A stretch of 32,000 bases of DNA, from sequence record OL989991.1; one strand, given 5' to 3'. The translations under genes were made by a program, and so were the position numbers. The stretch comes from Enterobacter phage vB_EclM_Q7622. Below the pieces are notes generated by a model, which saw only the letters and a program-made list of their open reading frames with translations, did no database searches and was not told where the DNA came from. Of this stretch, positions 1 to 13,310 are shown piece after piece (within the stretch, counting starts at the first letter, position 1; every line of letters begins with the position of its first letter).

Positions 1-1
1 T

Positions 2-445
2 CCTGTTGGAACTATTTACGAAAATACGGTGAACCCTAATAACCCTTCTACTTATATGGGGTTTGGTCTTTGGAAAAGATTAGAAGGAACTGTTTTAGTA
101 GGTTGGTCTTCATCTCCTGGTACTAGGTTTAACCTAAATAATAACCATTTAGATTCTACAGGAAAACAGCAAAGCACTGCTGGCGGTACCGGCGGTAATG
201 ATGACTTGACTCTTAAGGCAGGTCAAATTCCTATGCTTAGAACTGATGATAAAGTCCTTGTTGTTGACCCTAACGGCCCTATTGTGGTTGGTGGATGTCA
301 ATTTGACCCGGATGCATCAGGTCCTGCTTATACAAAATATCGTGAAGCTCAAGCTACAATCAATAAAGAAAATATTATTGACCCTGCTAGTATTGATATC
401 ATGAACCCATATATAACCGTTTATCGTTGGATGAGGGTTGCTTAA
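2..445 (+). CDS. 10: Baseplate wedge subunit / tail pin gp10, C-terminal fragment (5' truncated by window edge)
   Basis: Frame is open from base 2 (PVGTIYENTVNPNNPSTYMGFGLWKRLEGTVLVGWS...), matching the T4 gp10 C-terminal region; lies directly upstream of gene 11. Confidence 0.85.
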   Translation, partial: PVGTIYENTVNPNNPSTYMGFGLWKRLEGTVLVGWSSSPGTRFNLNNNHLDSTGKQQSTAGGTGGNDDLTLKAGQIPMLRTDDKVLVVDPNGPIVVGGCQFDPDASGPAYTKYREAQATINKENIIDPASIDIMNPYITVYRWMRVA

Positions 446-1107
446 TGTTTAGTTTATCACGTTCTAAGGCGGGAGTAATATCTCGCCTCGCCGATTATCT
501 TCAATTTCGGCTAAATCCTAATAAAACAGATTTTGTAGCAGGGCAAAGGGCCGTAGGTGGTCCTTCAGCCTCTCAAACGCAATTAGGTATTTTTTATCCT
601 ACTGTTCAAGGTGCAATTGATGATTTAGTAGGTCGTTGCGATTTACCTGTAAACAGTGTAGTAATTAACACAGATGGGCTTCCGCCTGGCTTTACTAATC
701 AAACAGACCAACTTAAATTTAGCGGTGTTGTTCAAGGCGAGCCTGGCGCAGAACAAATGATTTATGTTTTAGGCTTTCCGGTTAAAGTCGTTGAAGGCGA
801 CACCGATATAGCAGTAGCTTCTAAAGCATATGATGTTTTAATTGAGGCTGTTGTTAATTCTATTGCGATTTCATCTGTAGAAATAGATAGTGCTGACTCT
901 ACAGTATTAAATATTACATATAATGATTATCAGACACATATTTACCAGCCAGTACCTCAATACGGTATTTCTATAACTCAAACTATTGTGGTAGAAGGTA
1001 AAGCCGGGTATGGTAACTGGGCCAGAATGGGTACTGTGGACCAAACTTTGGTAGGCGGCGAAGTCGATGGTAATATTACTTTGTATTATTTTAGAAGAGA
1101 ATCATAA
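445..1107 (+). CDS. 11: Baseplate wedge subunit gp11 (220 aa)
   Basis: MFSLSRSKAGVISRLADYLQFR..., YGISITQTIVVEGKAGYGNW resembles T4 gp11; ATG at 445 overlaps the gene 10 stop. The listed 427 TTG start is an upstream extension. Confidence 0.93.
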   Translation: MFSLSRSKAGVISRLADYLQFRLNPNKTDFVAGQRAVGGPSASQTQLGIFYPTVQGAIDDLVGRCDLPVNSVVINTDGLPPGFTNQTDQLKFSGVVQGEPGAEQMIYVLGFPVKVVEGDTDIAVASKAYDVLIEAVVNSIAISSVEIDSADSTVLNITYNDYQTHIYQPVPQYGISITQTIVVEGKAGYGNWARMGTVDQTLVGGEVDGNITLYYFRRES

Positions 1108-2681
1108 TGACTACTAATACAATACGTCACGTCAGTGACGAATCCGTATACAAAATTTTTAAACCCGCAGGAACCGCATTTCCTTCTAATATCACAAATG
1201 TTCAGGCTGCTTTGGCAGCCTTGAATCCTATTGCGATTAATGGCATCCCGAATGCAACTCAAACCGTTGTAGGGATAAGTCGATTTGCGTCTCAGGCGGA
1301 GGTAGATAGCGGTACACTTAACAACGTTGGTGTTTCTCCAGCCACATTAAAGTCCGCCATCCTGCGTCCACCTGCAACGACTACAGTGGCAGGTCTTACT
1401 AGATATGCTACTACTTCGGAAGCTTTAGCCGGAACAGTAGATAATGCAGCGGTAGTTCCTACAGGACTTAAAGCTTCTGTTGATGCAGCAAAAACACAAA
1501 TTCTTTCTACTCAAGCTACTGAATTGGTCATGGGTCTGGCTAAAATATCTACACAGGCTGCTGCTTTAGCAGGTGCAGATGATTTAACTATAATGACCCC
1601 TAAAAAAGTTGCATTGTCTATTGCTAAAGCTATTGCAACAGTTCCTACATATTCTAATGCCTCTGAATCGAATTATGGCTTAGTTAGAATGGCCACGGCA
1701 GGTGAAGTACAAGCAGGTAACGTTGGTAACGCTGTTGCAATATCCCCGGCAAATTTAAAAACTTTAATTTCTACTACTTCCAGAAATGGTTTAATTTCTA
1801 TTGCTTCTGGTGCCGAAGTTGCGGCTGGTACTAATAATACAAAAGCTATTACGCCTGCAGCGTTATTATCAAGAACAGGTAACGAAAGTAGAACGGGTCT
1901 TCTTAAAACGACTCGAACTGTTGGTTCAGGCGATGGAAGTACTGCACTAGCATATAATGCTAATGTGATTTCAACCCAAGGCAATCAATCTATTAATGGT
2001 GGGTTAACTCTTACAGGTCTTCAGATTAATGGACTCGCTAATATAACATCGAATACGTCAATTGGTGGTAATTTAACTGTATCAGGTGGGATTACTTCTA
2101 GAGGACAACAAGTTGTTACTATTGATATGATAGGCGACGATGTCCCGGTTGGCGTTATTGTTATGTGGATTGGCGCAGCAAATAAGGTCCCGACCAAATG
2201 GCGTATTTGTGATGGCGGATATACTTATTCAGCGGCATCAAACCCAGCTCTTTGGAATGTTTTGCCTACAGGTCGTGTTCCTGATATGAGAGGTCTATTT
2301 GTTCGTGGTGCAGGTGTTGGCGCTGATATTCTTAATGCACAATCTCCAGATAGTAAAGGTAAGCCAGGTCTTGGTGTAGGTTGTGGCGCAGGTGCAGTCG
2401 GTACAGTCCAAGCACAAGCCGTTAAGAAACACAAACACAATAGTGGTTGGGGTGAACACCATAATCGTTCTGATGCATATTTTGGTGCTACTAACCGCAA
2501 TGGCTTCCGTGGTAATAATAGACGTGATAGTGACAACTATCTGTATTTTACTAACGATGGTGCTGAATACGAGGCGGAAAATGCCCGTGATTCATTTGGT
2601 ACAATGAACCCTAAAGACCTTATGCAAGACGAAAACCGTCCTTGGAACATCGCAGTATACTATATCATCAAAATCCAATAA
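1107..2681 (+). CDS. 12: Short tail fiber gp12 (524 aa)
   Basis: N-terminus MTTNTIRHVSDESVYKIFKPAGTAFPSNITNVQAALAALNP, repeated VGI/LTRYAT-type fiber repeats, His-rich C-terminal collar (KKHKHNSGWGEHHNRS). Confidence 0.95.
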   Translation: MTTNTIRHVSDESVYKIFKPAGTAFPSNITNVQAALAALNPIAINGIPNATQTVVGISRFASQAEVDSGTLNNVGVSPATLKSAILRPPATTTVAGLTRYATTSEALAGTVDNAAVVPTGLKASVDAAKTQILSTQATELVMGLAKISTQAAALAGADDLTIMTPKKVALSIAKAIATVPTYSNASESNYGLVRMATAGEVQAGNVGNAVAISPANLKTLISTTSRNGLISIASGAEVAAGTNNTKAITPAALLSRTGNESRTGLLKTTRTVGSGDGSTALAYNANVISTQGNQSINGGLTLTGLQINGLANITSNTSIGGNLTVSGGITSRGQQVVTIDMIGDDVPVGVIVMWIGAANKVPTKWRICDGGYTYSAASNPALWNVLPTGRVPDMRGLFVRGAGVGADILNAQSPDSKGKPGLGVGCGAGAVGTVQAQAVKKHKHNSGWGEHHNRSDAYFGATNRNGFRGNNRRDSDNYLYFTNDGAEYEAENARDSFGTMNPKDLMQDENRPWNIAVYYIIKIQ

Positions 2682-2690
2682 GGAATTAAA

Positions 2691-4061
2691 ATGATCGAAC
2701 ATTTGGAATTAAAAAATCTTCCATATGTCGATGGCTATCCTGAAGCAGACCAGAAGCGCATCCCATGGGTGCGCAATGGCGAATGTTTAGACGGTGCTAC
2801 GACAAAATATGGTAATGATGGCACATTGAATGGCGCGCCGTTAGGAATTCAGCGAAACGTTGAAAGACTTGAAGAAAACACTGAACTTACTAAAGATGCT
2901 TTAAACGTAGTTATTGACAATGTTAATAACATTAATGAAGCATTAGAAGCGGGTTCTGATGTAAGTATCATCCAACAGGTTTCTAAAAACAAAGAAAATA
3001 TAGAAATTCTTCAAGTCCATATGCAATTTGCTGAAGATAATATTGGAGACCTTTATACCGACACCGAATTCCTTAAAGAAGATTTAGGTGTTTATGACCC
3101 GGCTCTTGACGGATATTATCGTCCTGTTCGTGACGATATTGTATTCCTGAAAAAAGAAATTGGTCAATACCCAGACCAGGATATAAACGGCCAGTCTAAA
3201 CCAGGTGCAGAAGCAACTGGTATGAAGCGTCGCATTATTAACAATAGCTCGGCTATCGTTTCTCATGCTATCAGAATTAAAACTTTAGAGGATAATTACA
3301 CCGATTCTGACGTAGGTTCATTAAGTATTAAAATTAATGAGCTGCGCTCTGAATTAGGCCCTAGAGCAAGTTCTATCGGTAAGCCTGACGTTTATACTCG
3401 CCTTGATTCTTTAGATTCTATTACCGATATTTCTAAAGAATCTATTGATGAAATTAAAGAAGCTATCGGTTTAGGTAGCGGCGCTTCTATTAACACTAGG
3501 ATGAGTTCTGCTGAATCTAGACTAAATGCTATTGATGTTAATCTGAATACTCCTATTACAGGATTAAACCCTAAGGTTGCTAGCATAGAAAGCGCTATCG
3601 GTACTTCTTCAGAAGCGTCTACTATAAACGGTAGATTGTATAGATTAAGAGAAGATCATAATGCTTTAGCCGCTATTGTTGGGAATGATTCAAGCTCAGG
3701 TCTTCGTGGGCAGGTTGCATGGATGTCTGAAACAATTGGCACATCTGTCAATCCGGCTCCTACAAGTATTCAAGGTCGGCTGACTTCAGTCACCACTATG
3801 GCTACTTCTTCCGCTTCCGATATCCAAGATATCCAAGTTGAAATTGGTACAAACCAAACTGGTTTAAAGGGCTCTGTTCTGACGTTAACACGCCAAATGA
3901 ATGGTACAAACCCTAATGGTAATACTGTTGAAGAGCGTGGTGTAGTTAATAGTGTCAAACAATTAGAAACTAATAAGATTTCTGATGCTCCTAGAGATGG
4001 TCAGGCCTACGTTCGCGTAGATGGCGCTTGGGTTCTTCTTTCAACGTTCTTAACACCATAA
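2691..4061 (+). CDS. wac: Fibritin / whisker antigen control protein (456 aa)
   Basis: Coiled-coil segments and a C-terminal foldon ISDAPRDGQAYVRVDGAWVLLSTFL; position between 12 and 13. Confidence 0.95.
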   Translation: MIEHLELKNLPYVDGYPEADQKRIPWVRNGECLDGATTKYGNDGTLNGAPLGIQRNVERLEENTELTKDALNVVIDNVNNINEALEAGSDVSIIQQVSKNKENIEILQVHMQFAEDNIGDLYTDTEFLKEDLGVYDPALDGYYRPVRDDIVFLKKEIGQYPDQDINGQSKPGAEATGMKRRIINNSSAIVSHAIRIKTLEDNYTDSDVGSLSIKINELRSELGPRASSIGKPDVYTRLDSLDSITDISKESIDEIKEAIGLGSGASINTRMSSAESRLNAIDVNLNTPITGLNPKVASIESAIGTSSEASTINGRLYRLREDHNALAAIVGNDSSSGLRGQVAWMSETIGTSVNPAPTSIQGRLTSVTTMATSSASDIQDIQVEIGTNQTGLKGSVLTLTRQMNGTNPNGNTVEERGVVNSVKQLETNKISDAPRDGQAYVRVDGAWVLLSTFLTP

Positions 4062-4062
4062 T

Positions 4063-4083
4063 AAAGGGCTTCGGCCCTTTTTT
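4063..4083 (+). terminator. UUCG-tetraloop intrinsic terminator after wac
   Basis: AAAGGGC-TTCG-GCCCTTT followed by TTT; 7-bp perfect stem. Confidence 0.85.
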
Positions 4084-4085
4084 GG

Positions 4086-4093
4086 CATAAATA
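4086..4093 (+). promoter_or_regulatory. Probable late promoter -10 (CATAAATA) for gene 13
   Basis: One mismatch to T4 late consensus TATAAATA, 26 nt upstream of the gene 13 ATG, just after the terminator. Confidence 0.6.
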
Positions 4094-4118
4094 CTTATAT
4101 CTAATATGAGGACCTCTT

Positions 4119-5045
4119 ATGGCTACAGAATCTTATAACCCTAAACAGCTCAAGGATTCGATCCTTAGACGTTTAGGCGCACCAATTATTAATATTGAAG
4201 TTACTACTGATCAAGTGTATGATTCAATCCAGCGCGCCCTGGAGCTTTATGGCGAATATCACTATGATGGCTTTAACAAAAACTATTTTGCCTTCCATAT
4301 CGGTGAAGAACAACTTGCACGTGATTTAGTATTTGACCTTTCAGGGCGTGGTGTATTTGCTGTGACCCAGATTGTTCGAACTAACGTTGGTTCTTTAACA
4401 TCGATGGACGGACAGGCTACTTATCCGTGGTTCACTGACTTTGTTCTTGGCTTAGCCGGTATTAATGGTGGTATGGGCTCGAGTTGTAATACGTTTGGAC
4501 CTAATGCTTTCGGCGCGGACCTTTCTTATTTTACCCAGCTTATGCAATACCGTTCTATGATGCAGGATATCATGGTTCCACTTCCTGATTATTGGTATAA
4601 CGATGACACCGAAATGCTTAAAGTAATGGGCAACCTTCGTAAAGGCGACCTGTTAATTGTTGAAGTCTATACTCAAAGTTTTATTGGTGTAGATGGGATG
4701 GCAGTAGGTCAAGCCGGTGTTGGATATGCTCAATCTTGTTCTACGGACCCTTGGTCTTTACAAGACAAATATGAAGCTCCTTGGAGAACAACCGGCCTAG
4801 CTCGTGCTGGAGAATCTACTGCTCCTAGACAAGGCGCATATAACAACCGCTGGGTTAAAGATTATGCTACTGCATTAACAAAAGAAGTTTGGGGTAATGT
4901 ATTAGCTAAACACCAAGGAATGCAGATGCCAGGTGGTGTAACTGTAGACGGTATGCGTTTAATCGAAGAAGCTCGACTTGAAAAAGAACGTCTCCGTGAA
5001 GAACTCGATTTACTCGACCCACCTTTCGGTATTTTGGTAGGATAA
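4119..5045 (+). CDS. 13: Neck protein gp13 (308 aa)
   Basis: [52 protein letters not shown]4 neck protein family; conserved order. Confidence 0.92.
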   Translation: MATESYNPKQLKDSILRRLGAPIINIEVTTDQVYDSIQRALELYGEYHYDGFNKNYFAFHIGEEQLARDLVFDLSGRGVFAVTQIVRTNVGSLTSMDGQATYPWFTDFVLGLAGINGGMGSSCNTFGPNAFGADLSYFTQLMQYRSMMQDIMVPLPDYWYNDDTEMLKVMGNLRKGDLLIVEVYTQSFIGVDGMAVGQAGVGYAQSCSTDPWSLQDKYEAPWRTTGLARAGESTAPRQGAYNNRWVKDYATALTKEVWGNVLAKHQGMQMPGGVTVDGMRLIEEARLEKERLREELDLLDPPFGILVG

Positions 5046-5046
5046 T

Positions 5047-5823
5047 ATGGCAACTTTCGATTCAAGTTTATTTGCAAAGCTCGAGAATAACACGGGCTAT
5101 AATAACACGAACGAAACTGAAATATTAAACCCGTATGTAAACTGGAATCACTATTCTAATGTCCAAACGTTAGCTGATTCTATTGTGGCTGAATCCGTTC
5201 AGATGCGTGGTATTGAACTTTATTATATCCCACGTCAATATGTCAAACCAGATATTATCTTTGGTGAAGACCCACGGTCTAAGTTTGATAAAGCCTGGAA
5301 ATTTGCAGGATATTTGAATAGCTTTGATGGTTACAGCGGTGACAATACTTATTACAGTAAGTTCGGTATGATGGTTAATGATGAGGTTGAAATCACTATT
5401 AACCCAAATCTCTTTAAACACCAAGTGAACAATAAAGAGCCACAATCTGGTGATTTGATTTATTTCCCTATGGACAACAGTCTATTTGAAATAAATTGGG
5501 TACAACCTTATGACCCATTCTATCAGGTTGGCCAGAACGCAATGCGTAAACTTACTGCAACTAAGTTTGTTTACTCTGGCGAGGAAATTAAACCATCACT
5601 TCAAAGAAATGAAGGGATTAATATTCCTGAATTTAGTGAACTTGATTTAATGCCGGTTCATAATATTGATGGATTAGCAGATACCAATATCGAGCAATAT
5701 GCAGAGTCTAATGCATTTAATGAAGAAGCCGCTGAATTCGTCGAACCTTATGTAGTTATTAACGGTAAAGGTGATATGGCTCCTCCTAAGAGCTCTCCTT
5801 TTGATGATGATTTTATGTCATAA
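5047..5823 (+). CDS. 14: Neck protein gp14 (258 aa)
   Basis: [36 protein letters not shown]; order between 13 and 15. Confidence 0.92.
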   Translation: MATFDSSLFAKLENNTGYNNTNETEILNPYVNWNHYSNVQTLADSIVAESVQMRGIELYYIPRQYVKPDIIFGEDPRSKFDKAWKFAGYLNSFDGYSGDNTYYSKFGMMVNDEVEITINPNLFKHQVNNKEPQSGDLIYFPMDNSLFEINWVQPYDPFYQVGQNAMRKLTATKFVYSGEEIKPSLQRNEGINIPEFSELDLMPVHNIDGLADTNIEQYAESNAFNEEAAEFVEPYVVINGKGDMAPPKSSPFDDDFMS

Positions 5824-5826
5824 ATA
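5819..5826 (+). promoter_or_regulatory. Probable late promoter -10 (CATAAATA) for gene 15
   Basis: One mismatch to TATAAATA; overlaps the gene 14 stop codon. Confidence 0.5.
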
Positions 5827-5839
5827 AAGCATATAATAC

Positions 5840-5855
5840 CCCGGCTTCGGCCGGG
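5840..5855 (+). other. Strong intercistronic UUCG hairpin upstream of gene 15, no T-run
   Basis: CCCGGC-TTCG-GCCGGG followed by AATAACTCA, not by a U-tract. Confidence 0.8.
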
Positions 5856-5877
5856 AATAACTCACTGGAGGTGAACT

Positions 5878-6743
5878 TTGTTTGGTCATTGGTACAATTC
5901 ATCTCTTCGTCGTTACATTGTTCTAATGGGTGACCTTTTTTCCCACGTTCAAATACAACGTATGCGCGAAGATACTGGGATGAAATATATTAAGGTCCCT
6001 ATTACTTATGCATCTAAAGAACATTTTATGATGCAGCTTGGCAAAATAAACGCCATTCAAAATATTCCTTCGCCTGATATGTCTCCTGAAGAAAGAGCTG
6101 CTCAGATTGCGAAGATTGAAACTATTCTACCTCGTATGAACCTTCATTTGGTTGATATGATGTACAACGCACAGTATAAAACAGCCCTTCAAAACAGGTC
6201 GATGGCACAATATAGGGATAATGACCCTAGAAAAGCAATAAGCCAATTCAGTCCTGTTCCTATGAAAATGATTTTTGAATTAGGCCTTTATACTAGAAAC
6301 CAAGATGATATGTTTCAAATCATCGAACAGATTATGCCGTATTTCCAGCCACATTTTAATACGACAATAACTGAACTTTATACTAACGAAATCAAATTTG
6401 AACGTGATATCAGGATTGTATTCCAATCGTTAGCGATGGACGAAGTAATTGAAGGTGATGCCGCATCTAAGCGTCGTCTTGAATGGTCTATCATGTTTGA
6501 AGTAAATGGCTGGCTTTATCCTCCTGTTTCTAATTTAGAAGGTGAGATTAAAACAGTTTATCTGGACTTCTTTGCTAATAGCAGAGAATTAACCCCAGAA
6601 GGTAATTTTGAATCAGTGGACTCTGAAGTTGTCCCTCGTGACGTAGAACAAAGCGAGTGGGACGGCGAATTAATACAGACATATGATTCATCAGGTAAAC
6701 CTATTCCGGTCGCCCCAGAGCCACCAGGACCACGAGGTACATA

Positions 6744-6744
<1 letters not shown>
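5878..6744 (+). CDS. 15: Tail completion / sheath terminator gp15 (288 aa), TTG start
   Basis: (M)[27 protein letters not shown]... ending PPGPRGT; SD GGAGG at 5867-5871; in-frame TGA at 5872-5874 excludes an upstream start. Confidence 0.94.
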
Positions 6745-9064
<2,320 letters not shown>

Positions 9065-9093
9065 AGATAAAGCAAACTATTTGAGGAATTAAA

Positions 9094-11073
9094 ATGGCTT
9101 TATTATCTCCGGGCGTAGAGCTCAAAGAAACCAGTGTACAGAGCACTGTGGTTCGTAATGCTACGGGTCGTGCTGCTCTGGTTGGTAAATTCCAGTGGGG
9201 TCCTGCATTCCAGGTTGTACAAGTTACTAACGAAGTAGAACTTGTTGATATGTTTGGTGGTCCTACTAATGAAGTTGCCGATTATTTCATGTCTGGCATG
9301 AACTTCCTTCAGTATGGTAATGACCTTCGTACTGTTCGTGTTGTTAACCGTGACGTTGCTAAAAACGCATCACCAGTAGCAGGGAATATTGAAACAACCA
9401 TTCTCACTGCTGGTAGTAACTATAAAGTTGGCGATGCCATTCGCGTCAAATATCTCCAGACCGTTATCGAAGAAGATGGTAAAGTAACAAAAGTAGATAC
9501 TGATGGTAAAATTCAGGCAGTGTTCATTCCATCTGGTAAAATTATCGCTCATGCGAAATCTGTTGGCCAATACCCAGCATTAGGTTCTGCATGGACTGCT
9601 GAAATTACTTCTTCAAGTTCTGGTGTTTCTGGTACTATTTCTATCGGTAAAATCGTAACTGATTCTGGTATTCTGTTGACTGAAGCTGAATCCGCTGAAT
9701 CAGAAATTACTTCTTTAGACTTCCAGGAATCTCTGGCTAAATATGCAATGCCTGGCGTTGTAGCTCTTTATCCAGGCGAAATCGGTTCTACTATTGAAGT
9801 TGAAATTGTTTCTTATGCCGATTTCCAAAAAGGTAATGCTCTGCAATTGCCTATTTACCCTACTGGTGGTACTCGTTCTTCTGTAGCCAAGGCTATTTTC
9901 AACTACGGACCACAGACTGAAAACCAGTACGCTATTATTGTTCGTCGTGAAGGCGCAGTAGTAGAAAACGTTATTCTGTCCACTAAGCGTGGCGAAAAAG
10001 ACGTTTACGGTAATAACATCTTTATGGATGATTATTTCGCTAAGGGTACTTCAAACTACATCTTTGCAACTTCTCTGAACTGGCCCGCTGGTTTCAGCGG
10101 TGTTATTCAGATGCAGGGTGGTATTTCTGCAAACGATCAAGTTACCGCTGGTGACCTGATGCAAGGTTGGGATTTGTTCGCCGACCGTGAAGCTCTTCAT
10201 ATTAACCTGCTGATTGCTGGTGCTTGTGCCGGTGAAGGTGATGCGGTTGCTTCTACTGTACAGAAACACGTCGTAAGTATTGCCGACGAACGTCAGGATT
10301 GCTTGGCATTTATTTCTCCACCTAAAGGTCTGTTGGTTAATGTTCCACTGGCTCGTGCAGTAGATAATTTAATCGATTGGCGTGGCGGTACCGGTTCATT
10401 TGATACCGACAACATGAATATCAGCTCTACTTATGCTGCTATTGATGGAAACTATAAATACCAGTACGACAAATATAACGATGTCAACCGTTGGGTTCCA
10501 TTAGCTGCTGATATGGCAGGCTTGTGTGCTCGTACCGATGATGTTTCTCAGCCTTGGATGTCCCCGGCCGGTTATAACCGTGGTCAGATTCTGAACGTCA
10601 TTAAATTGGCTATTGAACCACGTCAAACTCAGCGTGACCGTATGTACCAGGATGCTATTAACCCAGTTGTTGGTTTTGCTGGTGGTGATGGTTTCGTTCT
10701 GTTCGGCGATAAGACTGCAACCAAAGTCCCAAGCCCAATGGACCACATCAACGTACGTCGTCTGATGAATATGCTGAAGAAAAATATCGGCGATGCCTCT
10801 AAATACAAACTGTTCGAGTTGAATGACAACTTCACTCGCTCTAGCTTCCGTATGGAAACTTCACAGTACTTAGAAGGTATTCGTGCTCTTGGCGGTATTT
10901 ACGAAGGCCGTGTAGTTTGTGACACCACGAACAACACCCCATCCGTTATTGACCGTAACGAGTTCGTGGCTAGCATTTATGTTAAGCCAGCGCGCAGCAT
11001 CAACTATATCACTCTGAACTTCGTAGCTACATCTACCGGTGCTAACTTCGATGAACTGATTGGCCCAGCCTGA
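9094..11073 (+). CDS. 18: Tail sheath protein gp18 (659 aa)
   Basis: MALLSPGVELKETSVQSTVVRNATGRAALVGKFQWGPAFQV..., C-terminal YIEGIRALGGIYEGRVVCD / GANFDELIGPA. Confidence 0.97.
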   Translation: MALLSPGVELKETSVQSTVVRNATGRAALVGKFQWGPAFQVVQVTNEVELVDMFGGPTNEVADYFMSGMNFLQYGNDLRTVRVVNRDVAKNASPVAGNIETTILTAGSNYKVGDAIRVKYLQTVIEEDGKVTKVDTDGKIQAVFIPSGKIIAHAKSVGQYPALGSAWTAEITSSSSGVSGTISIGKIVTDSGILLTEAESAESEITSLDFQESLAKYAMPGVVALYPGEIGSTIEVEIVSYADFQKGNALQLPIYPTGGTRSSVAKAIFNYGPQTENQYAIIVRREGAVVENVILSTKRGEKDVYGNNIFMDDYFAKGTSNYIFATSLNWPAGFSGVIQMQGGISANDQVTAGDLMQGWDLFADREALHINLLIAGACAGEGDAVASTVQKHVVSIADERQDCLAFISPPKGLLVNVPLARAVDNLIDWRGGTGSFDTDNMNISSTYAAIDGNYKYQYDKYNDVNRWVPLAADMAGLCARTDDVSQPWMSPAGYNRGQILNVIKLAIEPRQTQRDRMYQDAINPVVGFAGGDGFVLFGDKTATKVPSPMDHINVRRLMNMLKKNIGDASKYKLFELNDNFTRSSFRMETSQYLEGIRALGGIYEGRVVCDTTNNTPSVIDRNEFVASIYVKPARSINYITLNFVATSTGANFDELIGPA

Positions 11074-11080
11074 TAAACGC

Positions 11081-11104
11081 CAGGGCTCTTTAATTAGGGC
11101 CCTG
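11081..11104 (+). terminator. Possible terminator or intercistronic hairpin after gene 18
   Basis: CAGGGCTC-TTTAATTA-GGGCCCTG (8 bp with one G-U); no long T-run afterwards. Confidence 0.5.
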
Positions 11105-11155
11105 ATAAATCTATTGGCTGTTGAATTTAAATCAATCAGGCGCCGCCTGGCAACG

Positions 11156-11163
11156 TATAAATA
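11156..11163 (+). promoter_or_regulatory. Late promoter -10 TATAAATA for gene 19
   Basis: Exact late consensus 18 nt upstream of the gene 19 ATG. Confidence 0.85.
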
Positions 11164-11180
11164 TACAAAGAGAGACTACA

Positions 11181-11672
11181 ATGGAATTAACAGATATCAC
11201 TCGCGCGTTCGAGTCAGGTGACTTTGCTCGCCCTAACTTGTTCGAAGTCGAAATTCCTTTCCTTGGTAAAAACTTCAGCTTCAAATGTAAAGCTGCTCCA
11301 ATGCCTGCTGGTATTGTAGAAAAGGTTCCAGTCGGTTATATGAACCGTAAGATTAACGTCGCTGGTGACCGTACATTTGACGATTGGACTATTACCATTT
11401 ACAACGATGATGCTCATGACACTCGTCAGGCTATTGTTGATTGGCAGAACCTTTGCCATGGTATGACTAATGAAATTTCTGGTGCAGCTCCAGCCGATTA
11501 TAAAAAGACGGCTATTGTTCGTCAATTCCATCGTGACGGTAAACGCGTAACCAAAGAAATTACTATCACCGGTTTATGGCCTACTAATATTGGCGAAGTC
11601 CAGATGGATTGGGACAGCAATAACGAGGTAGAGACATTCGAGGCGACTTTCGCAATCGACTGGTGGGAATAA
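11181..11672 (+). CDS. 19: Tail tube protein gp19 (163 aa)
   Basis: MELTDITRAFESGDFARPNLFEVEIPFLGKNFSFKCKAAPMP; start at 11181 rather than the TTG at 11121. Confidence 0.95.
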   Translation: MELTDITRAFESGDFARPNLFEVEIPFLGKNFSFKCKAAPMPAGIVEKVPVGYMNRKINVAGDRTFDDWTITIYNDDAHDTRQAIVDWQNLCHGMTNEISGAAPADYKKTAIVRQFHRDGKRVTKEITITGLWPTNIGEVQMDWDSNNEVETFEATFAIDWWE

Positions 11673-11691
11673 GGTAATAAATAGATATATC

Positions 11692-11710
11692 AAGGAGCTT
11701 CGGCTCCTTT
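11692..11710 (+). terminator. UUCG-tetraloop terminator between 19 and 20
   Basis: AAGGAGC-TTCG-GCTCCTT followed by T and TCCC. Confidence 0.75.
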
Positions 11711-11732
11711 TCCCAAAACTTCGGAGACTCTA

Positions 11733-13310
11733 ATGGCAGGATTTAATAACGGCATTTTAAGTATTTTTGCTCCTTGGGCAAAAGCCGATGAGAACGAATA
11801 TAAAGAACAAATTAATAATGACTTGGAGTCCATCACAGCACCGAAGTTTGATGATGGAGCTCGTGAAATCGAAACGAATGAACGAGAAGTTCCATATAAC
11901 GCGCTTATGCAACAGATGTTCGGTAATAATGAACCGACTCTTAAAAATACGCGTGAACTTATCGACACATATCGCAATTTGATGAATAACTACGAAGTCG
12001 ATAATGCTGTGGCTAATATTGTTTCAGACGCTATCGTTTATGAAGATGACCATGATGTAGTGGCTCTTAACTTAGACGGTACCGATTTTAGTCAGAATAT
12101 AAAGGATCGAATTCTTGACGAGTTTGGTGAAGTATTAAATTGCCTTCACTTCCAACGTAAAGGTACTGACCATTTCCAACGTTGGTATGTCGACTCTCGT
12201 ATTTTCTTCCATAAGATTGTCGACCCTAAAAACCTCAAAGCAGGTATTCAAGAACTTCGTCGTTTAGACCCTCGCCAAATGCAGTTCGTCCGTGAAGTTA
12301 TCACTAAAGACGAAGCTGGCGTTAAAATTGTTAAGGGTTATAAAGAATATTTCATTTATGACACTGGCCATGAAAGCTATGCCTGTGATGGCAGAATTTA
12401 CGAAGCCGGAACTAAAATTAAAATTCCAAGATCGGCCATCGTTTATGCCCATTCTGGTTTATTGTCATGTTGTGGAAAAAACATAATTGGTTATCTGCAT
12501 CGAGCTATTAAGCCTGCAAACCAATTAAAGTTAATGGAAGATGCTTTAGTAATTTATCGTATTACCCGTGCTCCAGACCGTCGTGTATTCTATATTGATA
12601 CAGGTAACATGCCTTCACGTAAGGCTGCAGCACACATGCAACATATCATGAACACGATGAAAAACCGTGTCGTATATGATGCAACGACCGGTAAAATTAA
12701 AAACCAGCAACACAATATGTCTATGACTGAAGACTATTGGCTGCAGCGTCGTGATGGTAAAGCGGTAACAGAAGTTGACACAATGCCTGGTGCAACTGGT
12801 ATGTCTGATATGGATGACGTTCGTTATTTCCGTCAGTGCTTATACCGTGCATTACGTATTCCTGAGTCTCGTATCCCTTCAGACCAAAATAGTGGTGTGA
12901 TGTTTGATGCTGGTGCAACTATATCACGTGATGAGTTAGCATTTGCTAAATGGATTCGTCAGCTCCAAAATAAATTTGAGGAAATCTTCCTCGACCCTCT
13001 GAAAACCAACCTTATTCTGAAGAAAGTTATTACAGAAGATGAGTGGGACAAAGAGATAAATAATGTTAAAGTTGTGTTTAACCGTGATAGCTATTTCACT
13101 GAAATGAAAGATGCAGAAATCATGGAACGCAGAATCAATATGCTAACTATGGCTGAGCCGTTCGTTGGGAAATATATTTCTCACCAAACAGCTATGAAAG
13201 ATTTCCTTCAGATGTCTGATGAGCAAATTAATCAAGAAGCTAAGCAAATTGAATTGGAGTCTACTGAGGCTCGTTTCCAAAACCCAGATGAAGAAGAAGA
13301 GGAATTCTAA
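11733..13310 (+). CDS. 20: Portal vertex protein gp20 (525 aa)
   Basis: [43 protein letters not shown]; [37 protein letters not shown]. Confidence 0.97.
   Translation: MAGFNNGILSIFAPWAKADENEYKEQINNDLESITAPKFDDGAREIETNEREVPYNALMQQMFGNNEPTLKNTRELIDTYRNLMNNYEVDNAVANIVSDAIVYEDDHDVVALNLDGTDFSQNIKDRILDEFGEVLNCLHFQRKGTDHFQRWYVDSRIFFHKIVDPKNLKAGIQELRRLDPRQMQFVREVITKDEAGVKIVKGYKEYFIYDTGHESYACDGRIYEAGTKIKIPRSAIVYAHSGLLSCCGKNIIGYLHRAIKPANQLKLMEDALVIYRITRAPDRRVFYIDTGNMPSRKAAAHMQHIMNTMKNRVVYDATTGKIKNQQHNMSMTEDYWLQRRDGKAVTEVDTMPGATGMSDMDDVRYFRQCLYRALRIPESRIPSDQNSGVMFDAGATISRDELAFAKWIRQLQNKFEEIFLDPLKTNLILKKVITEDEWDKEINNVKVVFNRDSYFTEMKDAEIMERRINMLTMAEPFVGKYISHQTAMKDFLQMSDEQINQEAKQIELESTEARFQNPDEEEEEF

Noticed and set aside
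1673-2607. ORFs of 103, 103 and 74 aa overlapping gene 12
   Set aside because: Inside a confidently assigned gene, unusual composition, no SD or family signal.
11121-11180. 20-residue extension of gp19
   Set aside because: It would run through the late promoter and leader; ATG 11181 gives the expected 163-aa tail tube protein.
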